A stretch of DNA of 64,000 nt from a virus (IMGVR_UViG_3300045988_162656), one strand, 5' to 3'. Counted from the first letter of the stretch, positions 17,992-29,277 are shown. Numbers and translations are program-made. The notes: generated by a model from the sequence alone, not told the origin.

Positions 17992-18467
17992 TACGACCTT
18001 CTGTATACGATCTGCGAAAAGCCAGGCTCTTCCTCGCTGGCTCGTTGGGTAAAAACTGTTTCAACAGGCACAAAGCCTAAATTACGCATCATGCTTGCCG
18101 GGAAGAATGCATCGGCGTTTGGCACATCAACGCCGATGTGGGAGAGCCAAATCTCTTCAACATGCGGCATGAATAGCGAGTAAATTTGTTCCCCGCCAAT
18201 CACCCACACAAGCTCTGGTAATCGCAACACATCATCCACACCAGCAGGGTAGAATCCATTTGGTACAAAGCCATGAGAGCGCGTCAAAACGAGGTTATGA
18301 CGCTCTGGAAGAGGGCGTTTGAGACTTTCCATCGTTTTACGCCCCATAACGACAGTGGCGTTTTTGGTGAGTCTCTTAAATAGCTTCAGATCGGTAGAAC
18401 AACGCCAGGGCAGTTCGTTCGCTATGCCGATCTCATAGTTACGGCCAACAGCAGCTATCATCTTCAT
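17991..18467 (-). CDS. folA: dihydrofolate reductase
   Basis: 158 aa; MIAAVGRNYEIG ... LPW ... VVMGRKTMESL ... VIGG pattern of DHFR. Confidence 0.8.
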   Translation of the reverse strand: MKMIAAVGRNYEIGIANELPWRCSTDLKLFKRLTKNATVVMGRKTMESLKRPLPERHNLVLTRSHGFVPNGFYPAGVDDVLRLPELVWVIGGEQIYSLFMPHVEEIWLSHIGVDVPNADAFFPASMMRNLGFVPVETVFTQRASEEEPGFSQIVYRRS

Positions 18468-18865
18468 TTGCTCACCTCATAGATGACCGGTCTATGATGA
18501 GAGTCAGCTAAAGCGGCACGGAGTCGAGGATCGTGCACCAGCGCAGCGATAAGCAGATCGCCTTTATGCTCCGCTAATGTGCGCTTAATATGCTTCTCAT
18601 AACTGGTGCCATTCGGTACGAGATGAAGCCAGTCGTAATCAACGCCAAAATCTTTCAGCCATCGTTTAGTGGGCGCTTCAAGAGTTTCAGAGCGGCTACT
18701 GATAAGCACCACTTCAGCCCCTGAGCGAGCAAAACCACGCAACATACGGCTGGTGGGGAAAATGAGTTCATCACCGGCAATGAGCTGGCCTGCATCCGTG
18801 TCAGGTACAGATTTACGATGGCTGGTATTTGCCAGCACACCTTCAATTTCGCATAAGACATACAT
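18464..18865 (-). CDS. hypothetical protein, possible HAD-like hydrolase with degenerate motif I
   Basis: ORF trimmed to internal start to avoid overlap with thyA; motif assignment weak. Confidence 0.3.
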   Translation of the reverse strand: MYVLCEIEGVLANTSHRKSVPDTDAGQLIAGDELIFPTSRMLRGFARSGAEVVLISSRSETLEAPTKRWLKDFGVDYDWLHLVPNGTSYEKHIKRTLAEHKGDLLIAALVHDPRLRAALADSHHRPVIYEVSK

Positions 18866-18878
18866 ACCTCTTGCCATA

Positions 18879-19982
18879 TCACACCGCCACTGGAACCTTG
18901 ATCCACGGTAGAGGGTCATAGCCAAGAATCAGAATATCGTCCCATTTGAAATCATCCAGCTCAGACCATTCATGAGGGAAAATAACGACCGGATCTGAAT
19001 GCTCTGGAGCCTGTCGTTTCATTAGCTCACACACACCTTCCATGTGGTTGTTGTACAAATGCACGTCAAAGCCAAAATGCACAAATGCACCGGCCATGTG
19101 ACCCGTAATCTTCGCGAGAAAATGAGTGAGAATGCCATAGCCAGCAATATTGAATGGCATACCAACAAAAGTGTCTACGCTACGCTGTACGAGGCAGGAG
19201 TTGAGGATGCGTTTGGGGATTCCAAGTTCATCCAGTTCAGTTTCAGTAACACTGCCGTCCATCTCCAGATCGTATAGCATCTTGGTGTAGATAGACTCAT
19301 AACCGAAGCGACTGTGTTGAAGACCAATGTCAGTTGCCATCGTTAAACGGGTTTCAAAATCAAGCTCACGACTCCACAAAGAGAAGACAAAGTGGCAAGG
19401 TGGCAGTTTCATATCCTCAAGCTCGCCTACGTTCCATGCGTTAAGCATGATGCGACGATCGGTAGGGTTCGTGCGCAGTGTGTCGACAATACGCTGTAGC
19501 TGATCGATTTCACGGGACAGCACTACGCGATCTTCACTGATACCCAGGTATCCCTCGACTTTGTACCCGCGTTCACGGAAAGTAGCGATCTTGCTCAGAT
19601 ATTCACTATGGCTCACGATGCGGGTATCTTCCCATCGACGCCACTGCTTACCGTAAACCGGCCCCAAATCGCCATTCTCATCGGCCCATGCATCCCAAAT
19701 CTTAACGCCGTTATCCTTAAGAAATTGGATGTTGCCCGTGCCTTTCAGATACCACTCAAGTTCGACAAGCAGTGGCTTAAGATTTACCGCCTTTCCAGAA
19801 ATAAGCGGCACAGTCCCACCAGTAAGCATGTAGTAAGAGGGAACGTAGCAGGTGCTTAAAGTACCAGTGCCTGTGCGATCATCAGTCTGCACGCCGCTTT
19901 TAAGCACCGTCTCAATAACTTTTGCATACGATGCGTTTGTTACCTGACCGTTCGTATGCTCACGATTCAAAAGGAGTGACAT
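18879..19982 (-). CDS. thyA: thymidylate synthase (with two insertions relative to E. coli ThyA)
   Basis: DRTGTGT, GPVYGKQWR, LPPCH, PFNIA, HLY motifs; 367 aa. Confidence 0.8.
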   Translation of the reverse strand: MSLLLNREHTNGQVTNASYAKVIETVLKSGVQTDDRTGTGTLSTCYVPSYYMLTGGTVPLISGKAVNLKPLLVELEWYLKGTGNIQFLKDNGVKIWDAWADENGDLGPVYGKQWRRWEDTRIVSHSEYLSKIATFRERGYKVEGYLGISEDRVVLSREIDQLQRIVDTLRTNPTDRRIMLNAWNVGELEDMKLPPCHFVFSLWSRELDFETRLTMATDIGLQHSRFGYESIYTKMLYDLEMDGSVTETELDELGIPKRILNSCLVQRSVDTFVGMPFNIAGYGILTHFLAKITGHMAGAFVHFGFDVHLYNNHMEGVCELMKRQAPEHSDPVVIFPHEWSELDDFKWDDILILGYDPLPWIKVPVAV

Positions 19983-20149
19983 AAAACCTCACGAAGATAA
20001 GTAATCAATTATTTATCACGTGAGTTTACATTCATTGATAAAACAAGACCAGATAGATAAAAAATGGTGGCCATAGGCCACCAAAAAGAATAGTCGTTCC
20101 AGAGTTTTATACGCAAATCAAATATACATTAGTAGATAATCACCTACAA

Positions 20150-21019
20150 TTATTTTTTGATCATTCCGTACATTGCTGAGGCTTTAGCTTGCTCAACAAA
20201 GGAGGATAAATCGACATCACTATAGGTTGGAGACTTCAGAATCTTTCCATCGGAAATTCGAAAACCGATCATCTTATCGGTGCCATCAGCATGGCGAAAT
20301 CCCAGGTCTGAAGAGTCGTATTTGCAGTTGGCCACAGCCTGGCGACGTTCCTCTACATCAGCAGGCCATAATTTTGTCATGTTAGACCGATGAATTTCGC
20401 CAACCAGCTCGACTACATTGATACCGAGGAAATCAGCCAGTCGATAGGTCATCATGCACGCCACATAGATTTTGTTCATGACACGGCGCAGTTCCTGAAT
20501 CAGCTCAGAATCCTTAACAGTCTTGTTCTCAAGTTTATCTGCCAGCTCTTCGAGCATACATGACGCCTCACGAGCTTCCTGAAATGGCATTGCCATATCA
20601 TCGAAAACAGTGTTACCGGGCACAAAAATTGTCTGCATAAAGCGATCAATGCTCTGTTCCTGCGTGTAATAGGTCATGCCGGTAGAAATACCACCTTTGA
20701 TGGCGACCATCGTACCAACACCAACGTATAAAAAGTCGGCCATTGCATCCAGCAGTTGCTCAATATCCCCATTCATTGCAGCTGGAATACCTTCCACTAC
20801 AGCTTCTTCATGAATCAGGCTTGCACGGAGACGAAGCAGCTCTGGTGTCGGCATAACGCGTCTCGGATGCTGGAAGAGTTCATGAAACTGATCGACCATC
20901 TTGTAAATACTTTCAGTAGCTACACCATGACCTTCATGCAACTCATATGGTTCTGGCTTAAATCCAATGAGACGATCGGTGGCAAGTTTCAGGTGGTCAG
21001 TCAGTTTGGTAAAGTTCAT
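20150..21019 (-). CDS. hypothetical protein, possibly MazG-like NTP pyrophosphohydrolase
   Basis: ORF trimmed to MNFTKL start; EE..E acidic motifs; assignment weak. Confidence 0.3.
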   Translation of the reverse strand: MNFTKLTDHLKLATDRLIGFKPEPYELHEGHGVATESIYKMVDQFHELFQHPRRVMPTPELLRLRASLIHEEAVVEGIPAAMNGDIEQLLDAMADFLYVGVGTMVAIKGGISTGMTYYTQEQSIDRFMQTIFVPGNTVFDDMAMPFQEAREASCMLEELADKLENKTVKDSELIQELRRVMNKIYVACMMTYRLADFLGINVVELVGEIHRSNMTKLWPADVEERRQAVANCKYDSSDLGFRHADGTDKMIGFRISDGKILKSPTYSDVDLSSFVEQAKASAMYGMIKK

Positions 21020-21096
21020 GCTAGTTTTGTTCCTTCTTAATTCTTGTGATCCATTGTGGCCCAGCGTTGCCAGGTCACATAATGCTTTGTATCGGT

Positions 21097-22239
21097 TCAC
21101 AGGTCTGCAAACTGGCTTAGAGAAGCCTTGTCCACGGTAGAATCGATCTGACCTACCAGATATGTGCTTTGCTCTGCCTCTTGTGGTGCAATTTGCAGTG
21201 TGTCGGTTAACAACCACTTGTTCATCCAGACCAGCGGATCGGTGGTAACCTCTGGAAATAAAGCCTTCAGGCCAAGACGATTCATAGCCAGATTGGTGCG
21301 GTATTTTACATAGGTCTTCAAAATATCCGCGTTTAAACCAATCATCGAACCGTCTTTGAAGAGATACTCGGCCCAGTTCATTTCTTGTTCGGCGACTGAT
21401 TTCATGGTGTCGTAAATGACGTTTTCTTCATCAGCAGCAATCTCTTTCCACAATAAACCTTCGCGACCGGTACGCATGAAGCGGATCATGCGTTCAGTTC
21501 CTTCGCAATGCAGAGCTTCATCACGGGCAATAAAGCGCATAATTTTGGTGTTACCCTCAAGCAACTTCCGTTCGCCAAAGGCAAACGTACATGCAAAACT
21601 TACATAGAAACGGATCGCCTCAAGCGCATTAATGGACACCAACGTGCGGAAAAGCTGACGGTGCAAAGGATATGGCTCCCAGCCATATTCATTTACGTAC
21701 AGACGCTCAAATTCCTTCTCGCCTAACGACTGGCGCTCGCAGGTCATCCCATAAAGCCTGTCATATTCAGCAGAGATACTGATCGCTCGGTTGATGATTT
21801 CTTCATCCGTAACAATACCGTCAAAAACAATGCTCGGATCGTCCACCATGCCACGAATAATGTGGGTGTAGCTGCGGCTATGGATAGTCTCAGAGAAAGA
21901 CCATGTTTCAACCCACGTTTCCAGTTCAGGAATAGAGATAAGCGGCAGCAGCGTTGCATTTGGGCTACGTCCCTGAACTGAATCGAGTAACGTTTGATAA
22001 CGGAGATTGCTCAGAAAAATGTGACGTTCGTGGTCCCGCAGCTTCGTGTTGAAGTCGATACGATCGCTCGAAATATCAACTTCTTCCGGCCGCCAGAAGA
22101 AAGACAATTGACGTTCAATCAACTTTTCAAAATCACGGTATTTTTGCTGATCGTAACGTGCCACGTTGACAGATTGTCCGAGGAACATAGGCTCTTTGGT
22201 TGCATCATTAGCACCCAAACGGAACGTTGAATATGACAT
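21097..22239 (-). CDS. nrdB: ribonucleotide reductase class Ia beta subunit
   Basis: diiron ligand pattern typical of NrdB; start trimmed to MSYSTF with conserved aaaaacacatg initiation region. Confidence 0.85.
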   Translation of the reverse strand: MSYSTFRLGANDATKEPMFLGQSVNVARYDQQKYRDFEKLIERQLSFFWRPEEVDISSDRIDFNTKLRDHERHIFLSNLRYQTLLDSVQGRSPNATLLPLISIPELETWVETWSFSETIHSRSYTHIIRGMVDDPSIVFDGIVTDEEIINRAISISAEYDRLYGMTCERQSLGEKEFERLYVNEYGWEPYPLHRQLFRTLVSINALEAIRFYVSFACTFAFGERKLLEGNTKIMRFIARDEALHCEGTERMIRFMRTGREGLLWKEIAADEENVIYDTMKSVAEQEMNWAEYLFKDGSMIGLNADILKTYVKYRTNLAMNRLGLKALFPEVTTDPLVWMNKWLLTDTLQIAPQEAEQSTYLVGQIDSTVDKASLSQFADL

Positions 22240-22344
22240 GTGTTTTTCCTTTTGCTTTTTGATGTGTTTAAACAAGTTGTTATCCTATTTGTTTAAACAA
22301 GGCTTACAAATCAAAGAGAAGGTGGGGATACACCCCACCATATG

Positions 22345-24660
22345 TCAGATTTTGCAGGCTCCGTCGCACTCATCTTCTGGCTCGACGGCTACAGCTTGCG
22401 TCAGTGGATTCTGCGGTTCGTCGTCATCACGCTTTCCTGCCCCATCTCTGGTGTTGTGGTAGTAAAGCGTTTTAACTCCCATCTTGTAGGCGAGAAGCAA
22501 ATCTGACAGTAGCGTCATCATTGGGACTTTATCGCCTTCAAAGCGAGAAGGGTCATAGTTGGTATTGGCCGAAATAGCCTGGTCAAAGAACTTCTGGATG
22601 ATCGCCACCTTTGTCAGATAGCCGCGGTTGTCCGGCATATCCCACAGGTATTCATACTGTTCCTTCAGTTTTTCAATCTCAGGCACGACCATCTTAACGA
22701 TGCCGTCCTTAGAAGATTTCACCGACACCGGTCCACGAGGCGGTTCGATGCCGTTTGTGGAATTAGTGATCTGGCTGGAAGTCTCGCATGGCATTTGTGC
22801 CGTCAGTGTGGAGTTGCGAAGACCGTATTTTGCAATACGTTCACGCAGTTCTTCCCACGGCATCTTTAACTCAAAGTTGGTTTCGCCACTTTCGTCTAAT
22901 GAAGAACGGTAATGGTCGATCGGCAACTGACCAATTGCGTACTTGGTCTGCTCAAACCAGTCACACTCACCTTTTGCTTCAGCAAGTTGGCAGCTGGCAT
23001 CAAGAAGGTAATACTGGATAGCTTCGAACGTTTCATGCACCAGTTTATTACCAGCGGTATCAGAATAACGAATGCCATTCTTTGCCAGGTAATAAGCAAA
23101 GTTGGTTACACCGATCCCCAGGCTACGACGAGCTTTGGCAGGCACTTCGGCTGCCTCCATCGGATAGTCTTGATAATCCAGTAACGAATCCAGTGCAGCA
23201 ACGGCATAGAACGCCACCTCTTTAAGAGACTCCAGTGAACGGATGGCTCCGAGGTTAAAAGCGGATAAAGTGCATAGCGCGATCTCACCGTTCGGGTCGT
23301 CGGTAAATGCCAGTGGACGGGTAGGTAGGGTGATCTCCATACACAGGTTTGACTGGCGGACAGGTGCAAGAGCAGGAATGAAAGCGCCATGCTCATTAAT
23401 ATGATCGACGTTCGCAATATAAATTCGGCCCGTGGACGCTCGTTCCTGCATCAGAGATGAGAACAGCTCAATGGCAGGTACTGACTTCTTGCGAATTGAA
23501 TCATCGGCTTCGTATTTATGGTACAGCTTTTCAAACAGCTCCTGGTCTGTGAAGAAGGCTTCGTACATATCAGGCACATCATGCGGGCTGAACAGAGTGA
23601 TGTTCTCGCTTCTGACGAGTCGACGGTACATTAGACGGTTACTCATGACGCCGTAATCAAGATGGCGAACGCGGTTTTCATCAATACCACGGTTATTTTT
23701 CACCACCAGCAGACTTTCAACTTCAAGATGCCAGATCGGGTAAAACGCTGTTGCTGCGCCACCACGAACACCACCTTGCGAACAAGATTTAACAGCCGTC
23801 TGGAAATGCTTCAGGAATGGAATAACTCCGGTATGGGTGGCTTCACCATTGCGGATCTCGCTGCCCAGCGCACGGATACGGCCAAAACCAATACCAATTC
23901 CAGCACGACGTGAAACGTAGTCGATAATTGCGGCTGAAGCTGCACTAATCCCTTTCAGACTATCGCCAGACTCAATCAGCACACAACTGGAGAACTGACG
24001 GGTTGGAGTACGGACGCCGGCCATGATTGGTGTGGGCAGAGACAGTTTGAACGTACTTGTAACGTCATAGAAACCTTTGACCATCTCCATACGTGTTTTG
24101 CCAGCGCAGTCGTCTTCCCAATTCTGGAACAGACACATGCCTACCAGCATATAGATATGTTGCGGCCCCTCATGAATCTCACCAGTAACACGGTTTTGAA
24201 CGAGGTATTTGCTTTGCAACTGCACCGTAGCTGCATAGCCAAAAAGATCGTCACGTTTCGGCTTAATGTAATTACCGAGTTCTTCGATCTCTTCAAACGA
24301 ATAATGTGTCAGCAAATCCTTGTCATAAACGCCCTTGTTAACGTTCTTGACAATGTGTTGGTAGAAGTTCGGATAGTCGTAACGACCGAAGGCATCTTTG
24401 CGGATTTTAAAAATGTTCAGGCGGGCAGCCACCTGTGAGTAATTTGGTGCTTCTGGTGAGATCAAATCAGCGGCAGATTTAACCAAAGCCTCATGCAACT
24501 GGCTGGTGGTCATCCCATCAAAAATGCTGGCCGCAGCTCCCATTGCTACAGCGGATGCGCTTACACCACGAATGCCTTCTACGCCATACATTACGACGCG
24601 GTTGTATTTTTCTTCGGATAACGGCTCTGTTTGGCCGTTACGTTTTACGATGCTTATCAT
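22345..24660 (-). CDS. nrdA: ribonucleotide reductase class Ia alpha subunit
   Basis: 771 aa, long stretches matching E. coli NrdA (FKLSLPTPIMAGVRTPTRQFSSCVLIESGDSL, C-terminal CxxC). Confidence 0.9.
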   Translation of the reverse strand: MISIVKRNGQTEPLSEEKYNRVVMYGVEGIRGVSASAVAMGAAASIFDGMTTSQLHEALVKSAADLISPEAPNYSQVAARLNIFKIRKDAFGRYDYPNFYQHIVKNVNKGVYDKDLLTHYSFEEIEELGNYIKPKRDDLFGYAATVQLQSKYLVQNRVTGEIHEGPQHIYMLVGMCLFQNWEDDCAGKTRMEMVKGFYDVTSTFKLSLPTPIMAGVRTPTRQFSSCVLIESGDSLKGISAASAAIIDYVSRRAGIGIGFGRIRALGSEIRNGEATHTGVIPFLKHFQTAVKSCSQGGVRGGAATAFYPIWHLEVESLLVVKNNRGIDENRVRHLDYGVMSNRLMYRRLVRSENITLFSPHDVPDMYEAFFTDQELFEKLYHKYEADDSIRKKSVPAIELFSSLMQERASTGRIYIANVDHINEHGAFIPALAPVRQSNLCMEITLPTRPLAFTDDPNGEIALCTLSAFNLGAIRSLESLKEVAFYAVAALDSLLDYQDYPMEAAEVPAKARRSLGIGVTNFAYYLAKNGIRYSDTAGNKLVHETFEAIQYYLLDASCQLAEAKGECDWFEQTKYAIGQLPIDHYRSSLDESGETNFELKMPWEELRERIAKYGLRNSTLTAQMPCETSSQITNSTNGIEPPRGPVSVKSSKDGIVKMVVPEIEKLKEQYEYLWDMPDNRGYLTKVAIIQKFFDQAISANTNYDPSRFEGDKVPMMTLLSDLLLAYKMGVKTLYYHNTRDGAGKRDDDEPQNPLTQAVAVEPEDECDGACKI

Positions 24661-24733
24661 GTATCACCAAATAAAGAGGGCCACTAAATATAGTGGCCCA
24701 TGTTAATAGATAAGCACTTACCTATCAATGAAA

Positions 24734-25303
24734 TCAAATGAGAGACTTAAGAACATCGCGCACCTGGCGGAACTGATCTGTTTGCATACCGGTATGGATG
24801 GCAGCCACCGCATCAGCCAAATGTTCGTTTTTGTTCACGAGAACATCCTGTCCAGATTGCTTACGACGCAGCCACGGTGCTTTAGAGTGTTTTTTCGTAG
24901 CCCACTGGATAATCTCTTCTTTCGATGTAGTAAGTTTATTGCCGACAAAATGCTTGATTTCGTTTGGAGTAACCTGGATCAATGGCTTATCCACACACGC
25001 AAGTACACCGATACAAATACCGTAAGACGTCTGCGAACGAGAGTTTTGGCTCCCAACCGGTAGCTCACAAAAAACCATATTTGCCTTATCAATGATTGGC
25101 TTCGCAACACGCCATATTTCACTGGCTCGGCGCAGATCGTCACTGTTCACACGAACGGTCTTTTTGTTACTCCCCGCTTTAGTCTCAACAAGAGTAAGGT
25201 CGTGAATCTCAAGTTCGTCCGTTTCAAGGTCTAAAGTGCCCACAGCAAGCCCAAAGTTGCTCATTGAGGGATCAACACCAACTACGCTGATTTTTTTACT
25301 CAT
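24734..25303 (-). CDS. RuvC-like Holliday junction resolvase
   Basis: N-terminal VVGVDPSMSNFGLAV typical of the RuvC/YqgF fold. Confidence 0.5.
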   Translation of the reverse strand: MSKKISVVGVDPSMSNFGLAVGTLDLETDELEIHDLTLVETKAGSNKKTVRVNSDDLRRASEIWRVAKPIIDKANMVFCELPVGSQNSRSQTSYGICIGVLACVDKPLIQVTPNEIKHFVGNKLTTSKEEIIQWATKKHSKAPWLRRKQSGQDVLVNKNEHLADAVAAIHTGMQTDQFRQVRDVLKSLI

Positions 25304-25312
25304 ATAGTCTCC

Positions 25313-26056
25313 TTACCATGTTCCCCATATAGGGTTTTCCAATAATCTCGCCTCCAACGAATTGGTTACTATTGCCGTTTGCAACGTTGGTTGGGGAGAG
25401 TTTGCAAAGTCTGAATACTCATTTTCCTGCGTGACACGTTTATCTACGGCATGTTTAACGCCACTTGCTATGAAATGACGCATGATGCCCAACAGCCTCC
25501 GACTGTCTGCACTATCGTTTGCTAAAACATGCGGGAGCTGAAGTTCGATTTCTACCATTTCTCCATACTTACCAACAAACTGTAGTTTGTCCGCACTGTA
25601 CTTTTTATCCCTCCTTTGGATAAGGAAACCAGTAAAAGCATCACCTGGCGATGCCAAACTATCCACCCGCTTATTGGCAAGTCGAATAAGGTTGGTGAAA
25701 GCCATACAGTGATGCGCACCCATTCCCCCAAAGAACCCTTCGCTATTAATGTTAAGATCTTCATTTTCATGGGATGCAATAAACCCAGGCCCGACGTTGG
25801 GAAGATATCCCCCCTCAACAAAAGGATTAATCAGGATCGGCGCAATACATCCAGGTGGTAGTGATTTCAAACTTTGCATCAATGGCGTCTCGGATATTAG
25901 ACCAAGCAACGCGGCAAATTGTACTCCGTCAATATTGTTGCTGCCCCACAGAATACGTGGAGCCGCACCATTGGAAGTATGCCCATTGATCAGTTTTATC
26001 GACTGCATCACTGCAAATACCTGCAAAAACTGCGAGCGGCTTAATTTAAACGACAT
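25313..26056 (-). CDS. hypothetical protein
   Basis: 247-aa ORF between resolvase and SbcC-like genes. Confidence 0.4.
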   Translation of the reverse strand: MSFKLSRSQFLQVFAVMQSIKLINGHTSNGAAPRILWGSNNIDGVQFAALLGLISETPLMQSLKSLPPGCIAPILINPFVEGGYLPNVGPGFIASHENEDLNINSEGFFGGMGAHHCMAFTNLIRLANKRVDSLASPGDAFTGFLIQRRDKKYSADKLQFVGKYGEMVEIELQLPHVLANDSADSRRLLGIMRHFIASGVKHAVDKRVTQENEYSDFANSPQPTLQTAIVTNSLEARLLENPIWGTW

Positions 26057-27962
26057 AGCTGCGCCCCTCTTTAACTTCCAGCGTAATAGTTTCCCGGAAC
26101 CATGACTTCATCTCTTTATGGGAGATAATCAGCACAGTACCTCGCTCGCGAGCTTTGGACTCCAGAATACCCATGAGGCGTTCAAGACCGGCTGTATCGA
26201 GTGCATCGTCAATTTCGTCGCCGATAAACAAATCGATGTTTTTACTCGCCCGGTTACTAACCAGATCCTGCAATGCCAAAGAACACGCAATGCGAACCTT
26301 CCGCTTCTCACCACCAGAGAGGGTCTGGAACGACTTACTTGAACCTTTCTTCTGCACACTAATGTTGAATTTGTCGCGATACTCACCTTTTTTGGTGACA
26401 TCCATCGTCGACCACTCAGCAGTAATATTCCCGTCAGACAACGTATTGAGATACTCGGCAGTGCGTGTATTCAGGAAAGGCGTAACAGACGTCAAAATAT
26501 GAGAACGCACCCCGGCAGGAGAGTAGACCTGACGAGCTTTTTCCAATAGCAACGTTTGTTCCTGAATAGCCTTCAACTCATCTTTTAAGGACTTGAAGGT
26601 AGACTTACTGGATACCAGGTTATCTTCGTGTCTGGCGATAAGAGCAATAAACGGATTAATCTCTTTTGATATACGATCGACCTCAGTACGAGCACGAGTC
26701 ACAAGAGACTCAATAGCAACAATCTCCTTCTCACGATGACGCAAAGATGAGAGTTGTTTCGTAAGCTCTTCAATCCGGGCAATGATAGCCGTTACATCAG
26801 GTGTCGTTTTAACAAGGGCAGACTCAATGCTTAACGCTTTCTCAAGATTCGTTTTGTGTTTAGCCATTGCCTCTGCAAGTGTCTTCGCCTGACCAATTTC
26901 CTGACGTGCTTGTTCAATGAAATTCTCCTTCACCGTTGATAGATCTTCTTCGCAGTAGGCTTTGCCACAAGTAGGGCATGGTGATCCCACTTTAGTACCA
27001 ACCTCTTCTGCTTTGGTCTTAAAATTACGCGCGCGGTTCATTGCATCAGCCTGACTATTTTCTGTAGCTTTGATGCTTGCCCGAATATCAGTTATCGCAC
27101 CACGAACTTTGAGCAACTTGGCGTCATGTTCTTCTTTTGAGGCTAACTTTTTGCGCTCACTTTCGATTGCCTTCTCGGTATCACGGATCTGTTCGGGAAG
27201 AGTGCGGATCTCAAGTTCAACTTCCGTTAACTCAACTTCGGCACTTGCCAGCCCAGCCAGGGCATCGTCATAACGTTTAGAACGCTCTTGTTCCCATGAT
27301 TCAGAGGAGGCTTTCGCGGACTCAATTTCTGACTGTGTTGCCTCAATGGTCGAGATTGTCGACTCCAATTTGGTTTTAACCACATCCATACGTGCGGCAG
27401 CTGCATTAGCTCGCTCACGAGCAATAGCGTAGGCGCGTGTCAGTCTGTCAACGCCAGCGGCTTCTTCTACGATGGTTTTGAGGTTTTTGTCGGACATTCC
27501 AGGTAAATCTGGCATAGCTTCTTGGCTCGCATAGATGGAAGCCATGAAAACCTCTTTAGATGCACCGATCAGACGCTCGACGAACTCTTGCGTCAGCGCA
27601 TCTTTGCCTTTCGTCATATCGCCGTCTTCACCACGAACGATAAGCCGATTTTTGAACTCTTTGTGTTTACGGTGACGAATGATCGCATATCTCTTGCCTT
27701 CATCCTCGATGGTTACTGCAACACGACAGTTCTTTTCATGGTCGGTAGACAACACATCGTCACCCTTCACACCATGAGCTGTTTCGCCATAAAGACACCA
27801 CATCAGGCTATTCATTAGCGTTGACTTTCCAGAGCCATTACTTGATGCGGAACTATCATCACTATTAACACCCTGAATGAGCACTAAACCACGCTGATCT
27901 AACTCGACCTCCGCGCTGGCGATAGCCATAAAATTCTCAACCTGGAGCTTTAAAAACTTCAT
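26046..27962 (-). CDS. SbcC/Rad50-like ATPase (gp46-like recombination nuclease subunit)
   Basis: Walker A GSGKST, central coiled coil with CPTC zinc hook, LSGGE signature, Walker B GDEID. Confidence 0.8.
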   Translation of the reverse strand: MKFLKLQVENFMAIASAEVELDQRGLVLIQGVNSDDSSASSNGSGKSTLMNSLMWCLYGETAHGVKGDDVLSTDHEKNCRVAVTIEDEGKRYAIIRHRKHKEFKNRLIVRGEDGDMTKGKDALTQEFVERLIGASKEVFMASIYASQEAMPDLPGMSDKNLKTIVEEAAGVDRLTRAYAIARERANAAAARMDVVKTKLESTISTIEATQSEIESAKASSESWEQERSKRYDDALAGLASAEVELTEVELEIRTLPEQIRDTEKAIESERKKLASKEEHDAKLLKVRGAITDIRASIKATENSQADAMNRARNFKTKAEEVGTKVGSPCPTCGKAYCEEDLSTVKENFIEQARQEIGQAKTLAEAMAKHKTNLEKALSIESALVKTTPDVTAIIARIEELTKQLSSLRHREKEIVAIESLVTRARTEVDRISKEINPFIALIARHEDNLVSSKSTFKSLKDELKAIQEQTLLLEKARQVYSPAGVRSHILTSVTPFLNTRTAEYLNTLSDGNITAEWSTMDVTKKGEYRDKFNISVQKKGSSKSFQTLSGGEKRKVRIACSLALQDLVSNRASKNIDLFIGDEIDDALDTAGLERLMGILESKARERGTVLIISHKEMKSWFRETITLEVKEGRSYVV

Positions 27963-28191
27963 ATAACACCTTTGATACCGTGTGTTAGCTTTTGACCTTC
28001 TTTCAATCAGAACTCCGTATGCGCCGGGAAGGATCTGCGCCTCAATACGCCTTTTCTGGTTAACCTTCCAAGATAAAACGCTACGGGATTTCCTTGTGGC
28101 GGGTAGGGCTTGTGAAACATCACCGTCTGGCCTCGTTCAAGTCTTTTCATCGTGATGGCAAAGTCTCGAAAGCTCCCATAACGACTTTGTC

Positions 28192-29277
28192 TCACACAGC
28201 CTCCGAACTCTCCGCTTCGGTGAGGATTTCCTGACACAAAATATCCAACTTGCTCAGATCAAATCCGCCGTCAGTATCGTGGACAATCTTGCAATAAGCA
28301 GATACCGACTCTCCCAGGCTATCGATTTTGCTGGTTTCAGTTGTGCTGGCTGTCCCTTCCATCATTGATGACTTACGGATGAAGTTGCACACGACACCTT
28401 TTGCGCCCATTGTTTTGAGGATGTTCTGGTACTTAATGCCTTCTTCATCGTTCTCAATTACGGCGCGGAAACGCACGTAGTTGCCGCGAATTTGGTCATC
28501 AGCAACATCATCTTCCAGGTTAATGAATTTAGGCGCACTGGTTTCGTAGTGACTGAAACTGCCGTCCGGGTTTACGATCATGTAACCAGCCAGAGATCCA
28601 ACATCTCCCCAATTTTGATGGGTCAGTGCACCGACACTGATAACTCCAGGAATGACCTCTTTGTGGTTGTGGTAATGCCCACTAAGCACGAGACGAAAGC
28701 CGATATCCTTTAACTCCTGCGCATCGATACCGACGTCAGGCATTGTTGGAATGGCTTTGTTAATGGATGTATGGATAACAACGTCATGATTATCACCTTC
28801 TACGCTCTTACGTAATGCTTTCAGATCGCTGATAAGCTCCGCATGATTGTTACGCCAGCTAATCAGGTGGACAGTCACATCACCAATTTTTATTGAGTGT
28901 GGGCGTTTGCCACATACGATTACCACGCCGATAGAACTCAGCGATGCTGCTGCGTTGGCGCTATATACTGAATCGTTGGTTTCAAGATCGTGATTACCGG
29001 CCAGCATTACTACTGTCAGATCAAGCTCGTTGATAATCCACTTGTACGTTTCAGTTACGTAATGCAAAACAGAAGGGGACACAGTTCCTCGGACGTGAAA
29101 TGTATCACCGGCAACCAACATGTACTTACAACCGGCCTTCTTCATGGCGATGGCTGCTTCTTTCGTTGCTTCCAACTGTATTTCAAGTCTGGAGTTAAGC
29201 CCCTCTGCGTTCGTCGTGGAGAACGCATCCCATTTGTGGTAGTGGCAGTCAGAAATGACGCCGTATGGCAAAGTCAT
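28192..29277 (-). CDS. SbcD/Mre11-like nuclease (gp47-like)
   Basis: calcineurin-like phosphoesterase motifs (DCHYH, GDTFH, GNHD). Confidence 0.8.
   Translation of the reverse strand: MTLPYGVISDCHYHKWDAFSTTNAEGLNSRLEIQLEATKEAAIAMKKAGCKYMLVAGDTFHVRGTVSPSVLHYVTETYKWIINELDLTVVMLAGNHDLETNDSVYSANAAASLSSIGVVIVCGKRPHSIKIGDVTVHLISWRNNHAELISDLKALRKSVEGDNHDVVIHTSINKAIPTMPDVGIDAQELKDIGFRLVLSGHYHNHKEVIPGVISVGALTHQNWGDVGSLAGYMIVNPDGSFSHYETSAPKFINLEDDVADDQIRGNYVRFRAVIENDEEGIKYQNILKTMGAKGVVCNFIRKSSMMEGTASTTETSKIDSLGESVSAYCKIVHDTDGGFDLSKLDILCQEILTEAESSEAV

Noticed and set aside
21097-22275. Longest-ORF starts for nrdB, and similarly for 20150-21217, 4794-5444, 5312-5677, 3555-4172 and 12960-13637
   Set aside because: N-terminal extensions overlap upstream genes; internal starts with the conserved RBS and ATGA coupling fit better.
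22345-24660. Intein or intron in nrdA, dnaE or the helicase
   Set aside because: Lengths match uninterrupted homologues; only thyA shows extra length, without homing-endonuclease motifs.
26046-29277. SbcC/SbcD-like pair as a defence system (for example Lamassu-like)
   Set aside because: Context with recombinase, SSB, resolvase and FEN genes fits the standard T4 gp46/gp47 recombination nuclease.
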